In this document: positions 9,878 to 19,567 of the stretch, one piece after another
How positions within the stretch are numbered: position 1 is the stretch's first letter
Layout of the letters: each line of letters opens with the position of its first letter
IMG/VR virus record: IMGVR_UViG_3300005573_000182
Location: 1 to 37,229 of that record
Strand: one strand, 5' to 3'
Origin: a virus
Taxonomy: Duplodnaviria; Caudoviricetes
DNA length: 37,229 bases
Notes under the pieces: model-generated
Databases searched by the model: none
The model's input: the letters and a program-made list of their open reading frames with translations, nothing else
Told to the model about the DNA's origin: nothing
Position numbers and translations under genes: made by a program

Positions 9878-10111
9878 ATGTTTGTTAAAAAACCTATTAA
9901 AACAGGTAATATAGAACTTGATAGAGTGTTAAACGATATGTTTTCACAATTAGAAATTATTTTGACTAACAAGACGTTAGAATATATAATCCTTACGCCG
10001 TTAAAAAAAGAGCCAGATAAGAAGTTTAATGGTATGATAGTATATTTTGACAATGTTGGTGGTAAGACAGGTTTTTACGGGTATGAAAACGGCGTTTGGG
10101 TAAAATTGTAA
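9878..10111 (+). CDS. Small tail-associated protein
   Basis: 77 aa; NGMIVYFD...GFYGYENGVWVKL fibre-like module. Confidence 0.6.
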   Translation: MFVKKPIKTGNIELDRVLNDMFSQLEIILTNKTLEYIILTPLKKEPDKKFNGMIVYFDNVGGKTGFYGYENGVWVKL

Positions 10112-10129
10112 AAAAGGAGGTATAAAAAT

Positions 10130-11035
10130 ATGGATCCTGTTACAATAGGAGCAATTTTAACTGCTTCGTCAGTAGCGTTACCATTTTTAGCAAGATGGTT
10201 AACAGGTGAAGGTATAAGTGAAGTTCAGCCGAGATATGCTTGGGAAACACCAGTTGGGCAAGAATTGTTAAGGCGTGTTCTTGAGTATCAACCAGGCGTG
10301 TATACAGGTGCGTTACAAGTCCCGATAACGCCTACGGAGACAACGTTAGCACAAGCGTTAGCACAACCATTAAACTTGTTAACAGGGCAACAATATATTT
10401 CTGACGTTTTAGCAGGCAGGTATTTACGTCCTGAACAACAGCCGTATTTACAAGCAATGACACAAGAGATACAGAGACAAGCAAGCGAGTTAGTAAGACA
10501 AGCAGGCGATGTTGTTCGTTCGCAGACAGCCCGTGCTGGTGTCCCAAGTGGTAGTGTAGAACAACAGATGATGAGACAAGCAACAGAGAATATTGCGAAA
10601 CAAGTAGCGGGACAATTAGCAAGTTTGTATGGCGGTATTTATCAACAAGAACGTGGTTTACAACAACAAATGGTTCCGTATTACTTACAATACGCTCTTG
10701 CTCCAACACAACAAGCAATGTCAGGTCTACAAGCACAACAATATCTACGACAAGCAATGTTACAGAACATCTTGTTACCATACCAAGAATTTCAACGTAG
10801 AGAACAAGCAGAGTTAGTCCCGTTACAATATTTATACGGGTTAGCAACAGCACAACCTCGTTATCCACAATATAGGTTGCCAGAATGGTATTATTATATT
10901 ATGCCACTTTCACAAACGTTAGGGACAGCAGGTGGGTATATGGTAGGTAGTGGAATGGGTGGAGCAGGTGCTGGTGGGACAGGTGGTGCTGGTATAATAG
11001 GAACAACAGAACCTATAGCGGGTCCGTTAGCATAA
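10130..11035 (+). CDS. Putative DNA ejection (pilot) protein
   Basis: MDPVTIGAIL hydrophobic start, Gln/Ala-rich helices and Gly-rich end; position after nozzle; AAGGAGGT SD. Confidence 0.65.
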   Translation: MDPVTIGAILTASSVALPFLARWLTGEGISEVQPRYAWETPVGQELLRRVLEYQPGVYTGALQVPITPTETTLAQALAQPLNLLTGQQYISDVLAGRYLRPEQQPYLQAMTQEIQRQASELVRQAGDVVRSQTARAGVPSGSVEQQMMRQATENIAKQVAGQLASLYGGIYQQERGLQQQMVPYYLQYALAPTQQAMSGLQAQQYLRQAMLQNILLPYQEFQRREQAELVPLQYLYGLATAQPRYPQYRLPEWYYYIMPLSQTLGTAGGYMVGSGMGGAGAGGTGGAGIIGTTEPIAGPLA

Positions 11036-11062
11036 TTATATTTTTAAAGGAGGTAAAAAGTT

Positions 11063-12022
11063 ATGCCAAGAGATACACAAGAATTACCAATGTATTTAGG
11101 TTATTTACCATATCCAGTTCCGCCTGAAGGGTTAATAATGGCTAACTTACCACAAGCGTTTCTTACAGGTTTGGACATCGCAAGAACATTGCGTTCTGAA
11201 AAAGAGGCAAGACAATTGCGGGAATTACAGGTTGAACAAGCGTTAGCAGAACAAGATTTGCGGTTGCTTAATTCGTTATGGAACTATCTCTCAAGTTCAG
11301 GTCTTGCTGGTTCTATTGCTGATTATTTGCCTGAACAACAAACAAAACAATTACAACAAAGGTATGCTAAATATGGTATTGATATTACAAAATTAAGAGT
11401 GCCTTCTGTAAAAGACGCTTATCCAAACATTTCTGACATACTTGTTGGTGAGGGTGTAGCGAACAGGGTTGGTGTTTCTACATTAGGAACGCTATATGAT
11501 GTAGTGCCTGGCGACTGGATTATAAGTGCGATAGGGAAAGAGTATGGTGGTAAACCTGTAAACAGGGAACAGGTATATTTAATACCGAAAGGTGCGACAA
11601 AGACATATTTAGAAACAACGAAATTGTCATTAAAACAAAGAGAGTTACAAGATAAGTTAAATTTGAAATTAACAGAATTACGAAGTAAGCAAGATAAAGA
11701 TAGTATGAAACGATTAGAATTGTTAATAAAGTGGACTAAAACTTTACAAGATAATTATAAACCTGAACTAATAGCACAACCTGGGACAAGGGAAGCAATT
11801 AACAAAGCGTTAACACAAATAGGGCAAGAGTTAGGTGGTATAGATGTTAGTGACTTATTGTTAACTGAAGAAGATGTTGCGTATACACCTAAACGTTCAG
11901 TGTTAGATAGTATTGTAGATTGGCTTAAAGGATTATTGCCACAACAACCAACAAGACCACAGCCACAACAACCAACAAGACCACAACAACAAGAAATACC
12001 AAAAGGGTATGGTAGCCAATAA
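11063..12022 (+). CDS. Putative ejection/internal virion protein
   Basis: Lies between the pilot-like gene and the giant gene; coiled coil; C-terminal PQQPTRPQ duplication; strong SD. Confidence 0.55.
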   Translation: MPRDTQELPMYLGYLPYPVPPEGLIMANLPQAFLTGLDIARTLRSEKEARQLRELQVEQALAEQDLRLLNSLWNYLSSSGLAGSIADYLPEQQTKQLQQRYAKYGIDITKLRVPSVKDAYPNISDILVGEGVANRVGVSTLGTLYDVVPGDWIISAIGKEYGGKPVNREQVYLIPKGATKTYLETTKLSLKQRELQDKLNLKLTELRSKQDKDSMKRLELLIKWTKTLQDNYKPELIAQPGTREAINKALTQIGQELGGIDVSDLLLTEEDVAYTPKRSVLDSIVDWLKGLLPQQPTRPQPQQPTRPQQQEIPKGYGSQ

Positions 12023-12025
12023 TCT

Positions 12026-15000
12026 ATGAACAATAAAAATTTTACAGAGTTGTTAGAACAAGATTTTAATGCTAACAAACGTGTTTGGATAGATTTTAAA
12101 GAAATAGATCCTGCTTTTGAACTACAAGCATACAATTTTTTTTTAAGCAAACTACAAGAATACCAACCTGAAAACACATCTGATTTTATACAAGAATGGG
12201 TTAAAGCAAAAAAAGAGAAAAAAAAGTTTTATGTTGATTGGGGCTTATTTAAACAAGCACAACCACAAGCACCACAAGTATCTCTTGCTACTATCCTACA
12301 ACCTGTATTAAAACCTGTAGAACAAACAAAACCTAAAGAAGTCCCGTTAAAACAAGCCATAGACCCGTCAAAATACGAAGTCGCTGTTTCTAACAAGACA
12401 ACTACAACCTTGATACAACCTTCACACTTACCTGCACAAGTTCCTTCTGTCCAAGTTATACAAACACAAGTCACGCCTGAAAAACAAAAAGAGTTAATAT
12501 CGTATGTAAACAATTTGTTTGAAGCGTTAGTAGATGCTGAAAAGTTGTATAAAAATCCAAAAAGTTGGCAAGATATAGAGATAAAACCTACACAGAACTT
12601 ACCAACTGTTGAAGATTTAGAACAAGCAAGGAAGACACAAGAGTTAGCAAGTCGTATGAGCAGATTTTTAACAGAAGTTAGGAAAAAGAAGTTGACACCA
12701 AGAGAAGAAGAATATGTTAGGACACTTGTTGGATTATATAATAAAGAAAAGTTACAGACAGCGTTAAGCAAGATAGAAAATTTTGCTATAAATAGTGTTA
12801 CTGAAGTGTATACAAACGAGTTAGGCAGGGTTGAACAAGAGATAGGCAGGTTACAACAAGAAATAGACAAGTTGAAACAAGAGAAACCGAAGACGATTGC
12901 TGAAAATTTAGGGTTACAACGTGAATTAGCGGAGAAAGAGTTAGCATTAAGAAATCTTAAGATGGCACGTGTAGGGATAAGTAATTATATACAATCTTTG
13001 AAGTCGCCTGATGCGGTTAAAGAGTTTTGGCAAGGTGTTTTTGACGCTTTAGTTCGTGATTATCATAGTTTACCATTTTTAGGTTCTTTGATGTCAGCAG
13101 AAGATAAAGAACGGCTGATACAGATTAGGACAAAAATGCGTGAAGGTAAACCATTAAGTGAAGGTGAACGAGCGTTTGTAGATATGATGGAAACAAAATA
13201 TTTACCAAGAACAAATCTTGCTTACCAAATTGGATATTCAATAAGTGCTATGCCAAAATGGGGGATAGAGTTTGCTGTTGTTAATGCTCTTTTACCAGAA
13301 AAAGGATTGATATATAGAACATTACGAGGTGTTGATGTTCCTGTTATGATTTCAAGGTTAGCAGAATATATAACAAGAGGTGTAATGGCAGGTGCTGTAA
13401 ATGTTCCTATGTTGGCTGATAGGACATACGAATATATGTTGAACCCAGCAGTTCGTGGTGTGTTAGGAGACAAACTTGTGAACTTGTTAGATAATAAAGA
13501 TGTAGATTTTTGGACTGCGTTAAAGAAGTCGTATGCGAACAATGTTGTAGAGTTTGCTACAGAATATATGGGCGTGTTTGTTACAAGACCTTATGATATA
13601 CTTAAAAAATTGTTTATTAGCAAGTATTTAAACAAGTTAGGTATAAAATCGTTTGATAAAGCGTGGGCTAACATAATGAAGTTAACTGGTTGGCACGGAA
13701 TATTAGGTGAAGTGTGGGAAGAAGAAATAGCAGAAGTTTTTAATGCTTTAACTGAAGGACGGGAATACAAGCCGTTGTGGACACAAGAAGGTGCGTTGCG
13801 TGGGTTAATAGAGTTTGCTACAATAGGGTTGTATGGCGGGCTAACTGTTGGGTTACCGAACTTGCCTACGATATTGGAGAATATTAAAAAGATAAAAGAG
13901 TTTAGGACAAGAGAAGGTGTAGCGGTTATAGATGTTGACAAACCTGCGTTTAAATATTGGGTTGAATATATGGAAGAACACGCAAGACGATTACAAGAAC
14001 GTGCGTTACCACAACCGCCTGTTGCTACACCTACAACATTTCCGTCTGTTGAAACACCTATTACTACACCAGCACCTGCTATAAAAGAAATACTTGCTTT
14101 ACCACAAGAAATACCTATCGTAACACCACCGCCTCCAGTTGAGAAACCTTTAGAAATACCACTAACACCTACAACAAACTTGCTTATTTTACCTGGTTCA
14201 GCAGAATTGCCACAATACCCGTCAGTTGTAGAAATTGTTAAAAAACCTATAGAACAGGTTAACAAACAAATTAACAAGATTAAAAACCTTTCTCAAGAAC
14301 AAGTTGTAGAACTTGTTAAAAACATCAATGGTCAGACATCTCTTGTATTCTTAAATTTAGACCAAATAGAGATAGATCCACAATTACAAAAAGAGTTGAG
14401 AAAAGAAGTTACGATTTATCCTGAAACTATTAACCAAATAGTTAAGTATTTCCATCCATCTTTATTCCAAACTTTGAGTGTAGCGTATATTGAAGATGAA
14501 GGTAAGTATGTGTTATTAGATGGACACCATAGGTTTTTAGCATTACAAACTTTAGAAAAAGAAGGGCGGTTAAAAGATTTTTATTCTAACGGCGTTCCTG
14601 TTACATTAACAAAAGTTAAGAACTATGCTGAATTAGGACAACTTATGGGTGTAGTAGTAGGGTTAAATACAGCAAGAAACTTGCCTACGATAACAGAAAT
14701 GGCTTATTTAATTGACAAGTTGTTAAAGAGCGGTGCTACGATACAAGAAGTTAGTGCAAGGACAAATATTGGTGAAACAGAAATAGACAAATATTTAAAC
14801 TTGCTCTTGTTATCTCCACAATGGCAAGAATTACCTAAAAATATTGAAAGTTTACCTACAAAAACTTTGCGGAACAGGGTTAACGACCTGTTGTTCACAA
14901 TGGGTGAACTTGCCAGAAAATACAATATACCATACGAAGTTCAAAACGATATTTTATCTAACTTGGTGATAAAACAAAAAATTGGTGCTGTAGGGTTAGA

Positions 15001-18000
15001 AAATATTATTAGAAACTTGTATGAAACTTATGCGTCGTCGTTGACTGAAGAACAAGTGGAACAAACTCTTAATTTATTCTCGCCTGAACAATGGAAAACA
15101 ATAAGGTCTACAGCAACTGAAACTTTGGTAAAACTTGAAAAAGAACATAGACAATTAAAAAGGTTGTTAAACAAGTATGAAAGTGTTAAAAAAGATTTAC
15201 AATCAGCAATAGAACGTGGTGAGTTAGGTGGTGAATATCAAGCGTTGTTAAAAGGTCTTGAAACAAGGATAAATTCGTTAACAAAACAAATCGTGGATAA
15301 ACAAGTAATGTTAATACAAAGTTGGCGTGATGATTTAACACCTGAACAAATAGAAAATTTTAGAAAAGAGTTTGAAGCAAAATTGAAACAAAACAAGTTT
15401 GTAGTGCGAGAAGATTTTTTATATGTGTTTGATAGTTTGTATGACGAGAAATTAAGACGACAACGCACTTTGTCCTTGTTCCCTGAAGAACCTGTAGATC
15501 CAAAAACAGGGTTCAAATTTACTGATTTTAGAGATTTCCCAACCTGGTATCGTATTGTAGAAGAAGATGACGGAACATTGAAAGTTGTTGATGGTGGTAA
15601 AGGGACACCAAGAGATAATGTTGTATACTTCGTAGCATTAGCAAAAAATTTTGAAGGTGTAATAGGTATTGAAGCAAAAAATGTTGATGAAGCCGTGTAT
15701 TATCTTACAGAATATTTTGATATTACGCCTGAAGATAGGTTTGTAGTAATAGGTTTTGAAGATGGCAAAGTTAAAGTTCATCCAAAAGTTTATTCTCAAT
15801 ACTCTTCTATCCAAATACGAGACCAAGATAAAAAAGCAATTGAAAAATATATATACCAAATTGTTCGTCCTGAAATAAAAATTGAGTATATTACGCCTGG
15901 TGGTAAAACAGAACAATTAAGGTTGTTTGATAATATGATGAATGAAGAACAAATAACAAAAGAAGAATGGGAAGAAATGAAAAGAGTCATAGAAGAAGGT
16001 GTTATTAGAAAAGCATCTTTGTTGCCGTATATGGATATAGAAAACAAACCTTTAAATGAACAAACATTGAAACAGATTGTTGAAAGTTTGAAACAATTTC
16101 TGCCAAAAAGAGAAATTAGTTTAATGGTGTTTTTAGACAAAGATAATAAAATTGTAGATATAATAACAATGTCAGGAGTAGGTTTTAGATATTATTATTA
16201 TAATGCTGTTGATTTTATATTAAATCGTAGTAATATGCATCGGTTAATCAAAAAAGGTGTTGTGAAAATGGTTTTTGGTCATAGACATCCTTCGTTGTTA
16301 GTTACAGAATTTGTAGAATGGGTTAAACAAAATAAACCAGAAATTTATGAAAAAGCGTTAGAAATTAAAGAGTTGTTAAACAAAGATGAGCAAGAAGCAA
16401 TAAAACGTTTTAGTCAATATTTGCCACCAAAAGTCGTTAGTGACGAGGATTTGCGTTTTATTCTCTTTATTAAAGAGAAGTTAGATAAATTTACACAACA
16501 ACAAATAGTACTGGATGATATGACTTTTATTTTTGATGATATAACTTTTGTTTGGTCTCTTAATCAGGGTAAAGTTATAAATATGCTACCAACACCGAAA
16601 AATATTGTTTCAGATGAAATTTTACAAGAAATTTATAAAAATACAACTTTTATAAACGAACCTTTTTCAACAGAAAAATTTTCTATTTTAGCACAAGTAA
16701 ATTTTTTACCAATGGTTTTAGTGTTAGATAAAGATGGAAAAATAAACGATTGGTGTTTTATACATCACAACACTAATTTGTATGAGTTTGTTATTGGTAA
16801 AGCCAATTACACTTTAGTTGTAACCGCTCCTATTGACCTCCCTCATATTACATCTGCTGTAAAAACTCTACAACGACTTGGGTGGAATATTCAATATTTC
16901 TATGTAGAAAAAGGTAAGATACGGGCAAACTTAACTGCTGAACCTAATTTAGAAAATGTTTATGAAAATTTTGATAACAAGGTATACAAGAGGTTGATAC
17001 AGGATTTTGGCAAGAAACTTGTTGACGAGACAGCGGATTATTTTTATCAGAAGTATGGTATAGAAGTTTTTAATATTAGCAAGGACGAATCACAAGATTT
17101 TAGGCAGTTTTTAAGATGGTATAAACTACAACCTACGGCGGAACGCAAAAGGCAGTTAGCAGAGAAGTGGGTTAATAGCGAGATAAATTTCAAGAATATA
17201 GAAGCAAGGTTGAAGTCGTATTTAAACAGGGCGACGATGAAACAATTACAAGAGTTTGTAAGATATTTGATAGCGATAGACAAGGTGAATAATAGTGGTG
17301 TGTATGAAATGTTATTACGAGATTACGGAATTTCTGACTATAAGCAGTTAGGGTTCAAAGATTTAATGAAGTTTGTTCGTGAGTTTAGCAGGATTATTTC
17401 GTTAGATATGTTTAGAGAGACGAAGAAGTTAGAAGAAATAGCGGAAATACAAGAGACGAGCCGTTCAGAACGGCTTGCGTTAGGGTTGAGCAGTTGGATG
17501 CCGTATGATGCTATATTTAACAAGTTAGGTAAAAGATTTCCTGCTGTGAGACGGCTTGCTGACTTGTATCGTATATATATGGGCGAACGGGATAGGATGA
17601 TAGGTGCGTTTATGATTAGATTAAATAATATTTTAAATTATCTTGGTCGTGATTTTGTAAAGAACAAGTTTGACAAGTTTGTAGATTTTGTTGAGACAGG
17701 AACTCCGCCGTCAGGTGTTACAGAAGAAGAATTTTTTAAGATGATGACAGCAAGAGAGAGGTTTCAAGAGTTAACAGATGAGATATGGACTTATGTAAAG
17801 AATTGCGGTGTTTTAATGCACTCGCCTGTTGATGGTTTGTTAGAAGAATTTGACTATAGACAAAATTATTTTCCACATTTTTATCCTGAAGAATTTTGGG
17901 ACGAGAAAAATAAAGAAAATGTTATTAAGTTGTTAATGGAACACAACAACATAGGACGAGAACACGCAGAAAGGTTGTATGGTATAATGCGTGAAGATTT

Positions 18001-19564
18001 TAAGTCAAGAGAGTTTGGTAAAATAGAGAGACACAGGGAGACAAACTTGCCTGGTTATGAGAAAACGCCTGAAGCGTTTACAAGGTATATATATCGTGCG
18101 GTAACAAGAGCATCTTGGGTAAAATATTTTGGTAACGATATATTTATTTTAGGTTATGGTTATATGCCGAAGCAGTTGTATGAAAATTTGGTTAAAATAG
18201 ATAATCCGACAATACGGCGTTATGTTAAAGATGCGTTCAACAACTTGTTAGGTAAAACACGAGATTTAGGTGAGGAAGAACTTATAGGCGGTATTTTACG
18301 AACTATTAGACAACTTGAGACGTTTAAACTTTCGTTAGCGTCAATAGACAACTTGTGGCAATGGTTTGTTAACTTATCACCTATTGTAGGTTGGGACAAT
18401 CTAACACACGCTTTAATACAAAGATTACAAAATGTTGGTAGGTCAAAAGAAATACTTGCGTTATATGGTGTTGGTGAACAATTAGCAAGAACAATGCGTA
18501 TTATGTATCATACACAAGGACGAACTTGGCTTGATAAACTTACTGATTTACATTTAAACCTTACATTGTTTATCCCAACAGAACGAAACAACAGAGTTAT
18601 AGCAGTATATTCAGGTAGTAATTTTGTTGACACTCTTAACAGTTGGTTGAAAAAAGGACAAAAAGATAAAGTGCGGTATGAATTAGAATTGTTAGAAATG
18701 CCAAAAGATACTATTGACAGAATTATTAAACGAGGGTTTATCACGCCTGAAGAAACAATGATGCTTATTTGGAACTTAAACGTCTTGACAAACTTTTCTG
18801 CTGATTTATGGTTTATGCCAAAAATTATGGGTTCTACAGAATTAGGACGGACAATATTTCAGTTTGTAGGAACATTTTACGCACAACAAACACGATACAT
18901 CACACGTTTTATTATAAAACCTTTCTATGATTGGATTAGGACAGGCGGTAAACAAGGTAGTATACAACCTTTGATAAACTTTTTAGTTGCGATGTCTATC
19001 GCAGGCGTTGTTTCATCACAATTACGAGATTTCTTACGCAAGAGACGTCCTTTACCACCAGGCACTATACCTGATTTTGAAAAAGCAGTTGCTAATTATA
19101 TCCAGTTCTTAATAATGAGCGGATGGATAGGTTTCTATTCGTTCCCGTTCTTGTATCATTTCTACGGCACAGATCCTATGCGAGACAGGTTCATCGGTGT
19201 TGGTTTATACGACATCCTCTTGTTGTTGAAAGATATTCAATTATACAATTTTGACGAATTGATTAGGACAAGGTCGCCACTTTTAGATGTAATTTTTACT
19301 TGGGTCAAGAATACACCTGATTATAAATATCCTATTACATACTTGCGGGCAAGACGGCTCTTGTATCAACTACAACGGACATACGATTTAATACGGCACA
19401 GAAATCCGCAGTATGGTGAAAAGTTTTACAAGGAAGTTTATTTACCATATTGGCAAAATTTTGTTAAAAAATATTCAAAAGTATATTTCATTGATACAGG
19501 CACTACAACACCTTTAAGATTACCAGCACCATCTTGGGATGATATGGTTCGTCCAAAGGAGTAA
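12026..19564 (+). CDS. Giant polyvalent internal virion protein with ParB (N-domain + HTH) and JAB/RadC-like domains
   Basis: 2512 aa; YVLLDGHHRFLAL plus HTH (~14340-14830); REISLMVFLDKDN...GHRHPS...SDED (~16090-16460); last gene of the ejection block. Confidence 0.75.
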   Translation: MNNKNFTELLEQDFNANKRVWIDFKEIDPAFELQAYNFFLSKLQEYQPENTSDFIQEWVKAKKEKKKFYVDWGLFKQAQPQAPQVSLATILQPVLKPVEQTKPKEVPLKQAIDPSKYEVAVSNKTTTTLIQPSHLPAQVPSVQVIQTQVTPEKQKELISYVNNLFEALVDAEKLYKNPKSWQDIEIKPTQNLPTVEDLEQARKTQELASRMSRFLTEVRKKKLTPREEEYVRTLVGLYNKEKLQTALSKIENFAINSVTEVYTNELGRVEQEIGRLQQEIDKLKQEKPKTIAENLGLQRELAEKELALRNLKMARVGISNYIQSLKSPDAVKEFWQGVFDALVRDYHSLPFLGSLMSAEDKERLIQIRTKMREGKPLSEGERAFVDMMETKYLPRTNLAYQIGYSISAMPKWGIEFAVVNALLPEKGLIYRTLRGVDVPVMISRLAEYITRGVMAGAVNVPMLADRTYEYMLNPAVRGVLGDKLVNLLDNKDVDFWTALKKSYANNVVEFATEYMGVFVTRPYDILKKLFISKYLNKLGIKSFDKAWANIMKLTGWHGILGEVWEEEIAEVFNALTEGREYKPLWTQEGALRGLIEFATIGLYGGLTVGLPNLPTILENIKKIKEFRTREGVAVIDVDKPAFKYWVEYMEEHARRLQERALPQPPVATPTTFPSVETPITTPAPAIKEILALPQEIPIVTPPPPVEKPLEIPLTPTTNLLILPGSAELPQYPSVVEIVKKPIEQVNKQINKIKNLSQEQVVELVKNINGQTSLVFLNLDQIEIDPQLQKELRKEVTIYPETINQIVKYFHPSLFQTLSVAYIEDEGKYVLLDGHHRFLALQTLEKEGRLKDFYSNGVPVTLTKVKNYAELGQLMGVVVGLNTARNLPTITEMAYLIDKLLKSGATIQEVSARTNIGETEIDKYLNLLLLSPQWQELPKNIESLPTKTLRNRVNDLLFTMGELARKYNIPYEVQNDILSNLVIKQKIGAVGLENIIRNLYETYASSLTEEQVEQTLNLFSPEQWKTIRSTATETLVKLEKEHRQLKRLLNKYESVKKDLQSAIERGELGGEYQALLKGLETRINSLTKQIVDKQVMLIQSWRDDLTPEQIENFRKEFEAKLKQNKFVVREDFLYVFDSLYDEKLRRQRTLSLFPEEPVDPKTGFKFTDFRDFPTWYRIVEEDDGTLKVVDGGKGTPRDNVVYFVALAKNFEGVIGIEAKNVDEAVYYLTEYFDITPEDRFVVIGFEDGKVKVHPKVYSQYSSIQIRDQDKKAIEKYIYQIVRPEIKIEYITPGGKTEQLRLFDNMMNEEQITKEEWEEMKRVIEEGVIRKASLLPYMDIENKPLNEQTLKQIVESLKQFLPKREISLMVFLDKDNKIVDIITMSGVGFRYYYYNAVDFILNRSNMHRLIKKGVVKMVFGHRHPSLLVTEFVEWVKQNKPEIYEKALEIKELLNKDEQEAIKRFSQYLPPKVVSDEDLRFILFIKEKLDKFTQQQIVLDDMTFIFDDITFVWSLNQGKVINMLPTPKNIVSDEILQEIYKNTTFINEPFSTEKFSILAQVNFLPMVLVLDKDGKINDWCFIHHNTNLYEFVIGKANYTLVVTAPIDLPHITSAVKTLQRLGWNIQYFYVEKGKIRANLTAEPNLENVYENFDNKVYKRLIQDFGKKLVDETADYFYQKYGIEVFNISKDESQDFRQFLRWYKLQPTAERKRQLAEKWVNSEINFKNIEARLKSYLNRATMKQLQEFVRYLIAIDKVNNSGVYEMLLRDYGISDYKQLGFKDLMKFVREFSRIISLDMFRETKKLEEIAEIQETSRSERLALGLSSWMPYDAIFNKLGKRFPAVRRLADLYRIYMGERDRMIGAFMIRLNNILNYLGRDFVKNKFDKFVDFVETGTPPSGVTEEEFFKMMTARERFQELTDEIWTYVKNCGVLMHSPVDGLLEEFDYRQNYFPHFYPEEFWDEKNKENVIKLLMEHNNIGREHAERLYGIMREDFKSREFGKIERHRETNLPGYEKTPEAFTRYIYRAVTRASWVKYFGNDIFILGYGYMPKQLYENLVKIDNPTIRRYVKDAFNNLLGKTRDLGEEELIGGILRTIRQLETFKLSLASIDNLWQWFVNLSPIVGWDNLTHALIQRLQNVGRSKEILALYGVGEQLARTMRIMYHTQGRTWLDKLTDLHLNLTLFIPTERNNRVIAVYSGSNFVDTLNSWLKKGQKDKVRYELELLEMPKDTIDRIIKRGFITPEETMMLIWNLNVLTNFSADLWFMPKIMGSTELGRTIFQFVGTFYAQQTRYITRFIIKPFYDWIRTGGKQGSIQPLINFLVAMSIAGVVSSQLRDFLRKRRPLPPGTIPDFEKAVANYIQFLIMSGWIGFYSFPFLYHFYGTDPMRDRFIGVGLYDILLLLKDIQLYNFDELIRTRSPLLDVIFTWVKNTPDYKYPITYLRARRLLYQLQRTYDLIRHRNPQYGEKFYKEVYLPYWQNFVKKYSKVYFIDTGTTTPLRLPAPSWDDMVRPKE

Positions 19565-19567
19565 GGT

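Noticed and set aside
12229-18744. Antisense ORFs within the giant gene (and similar shadow ORFs such as 24031..24705 and 28575..29309)
   Set aside because: They are shadows of the real genes' codon bias, with no SD or recognisable motifs.
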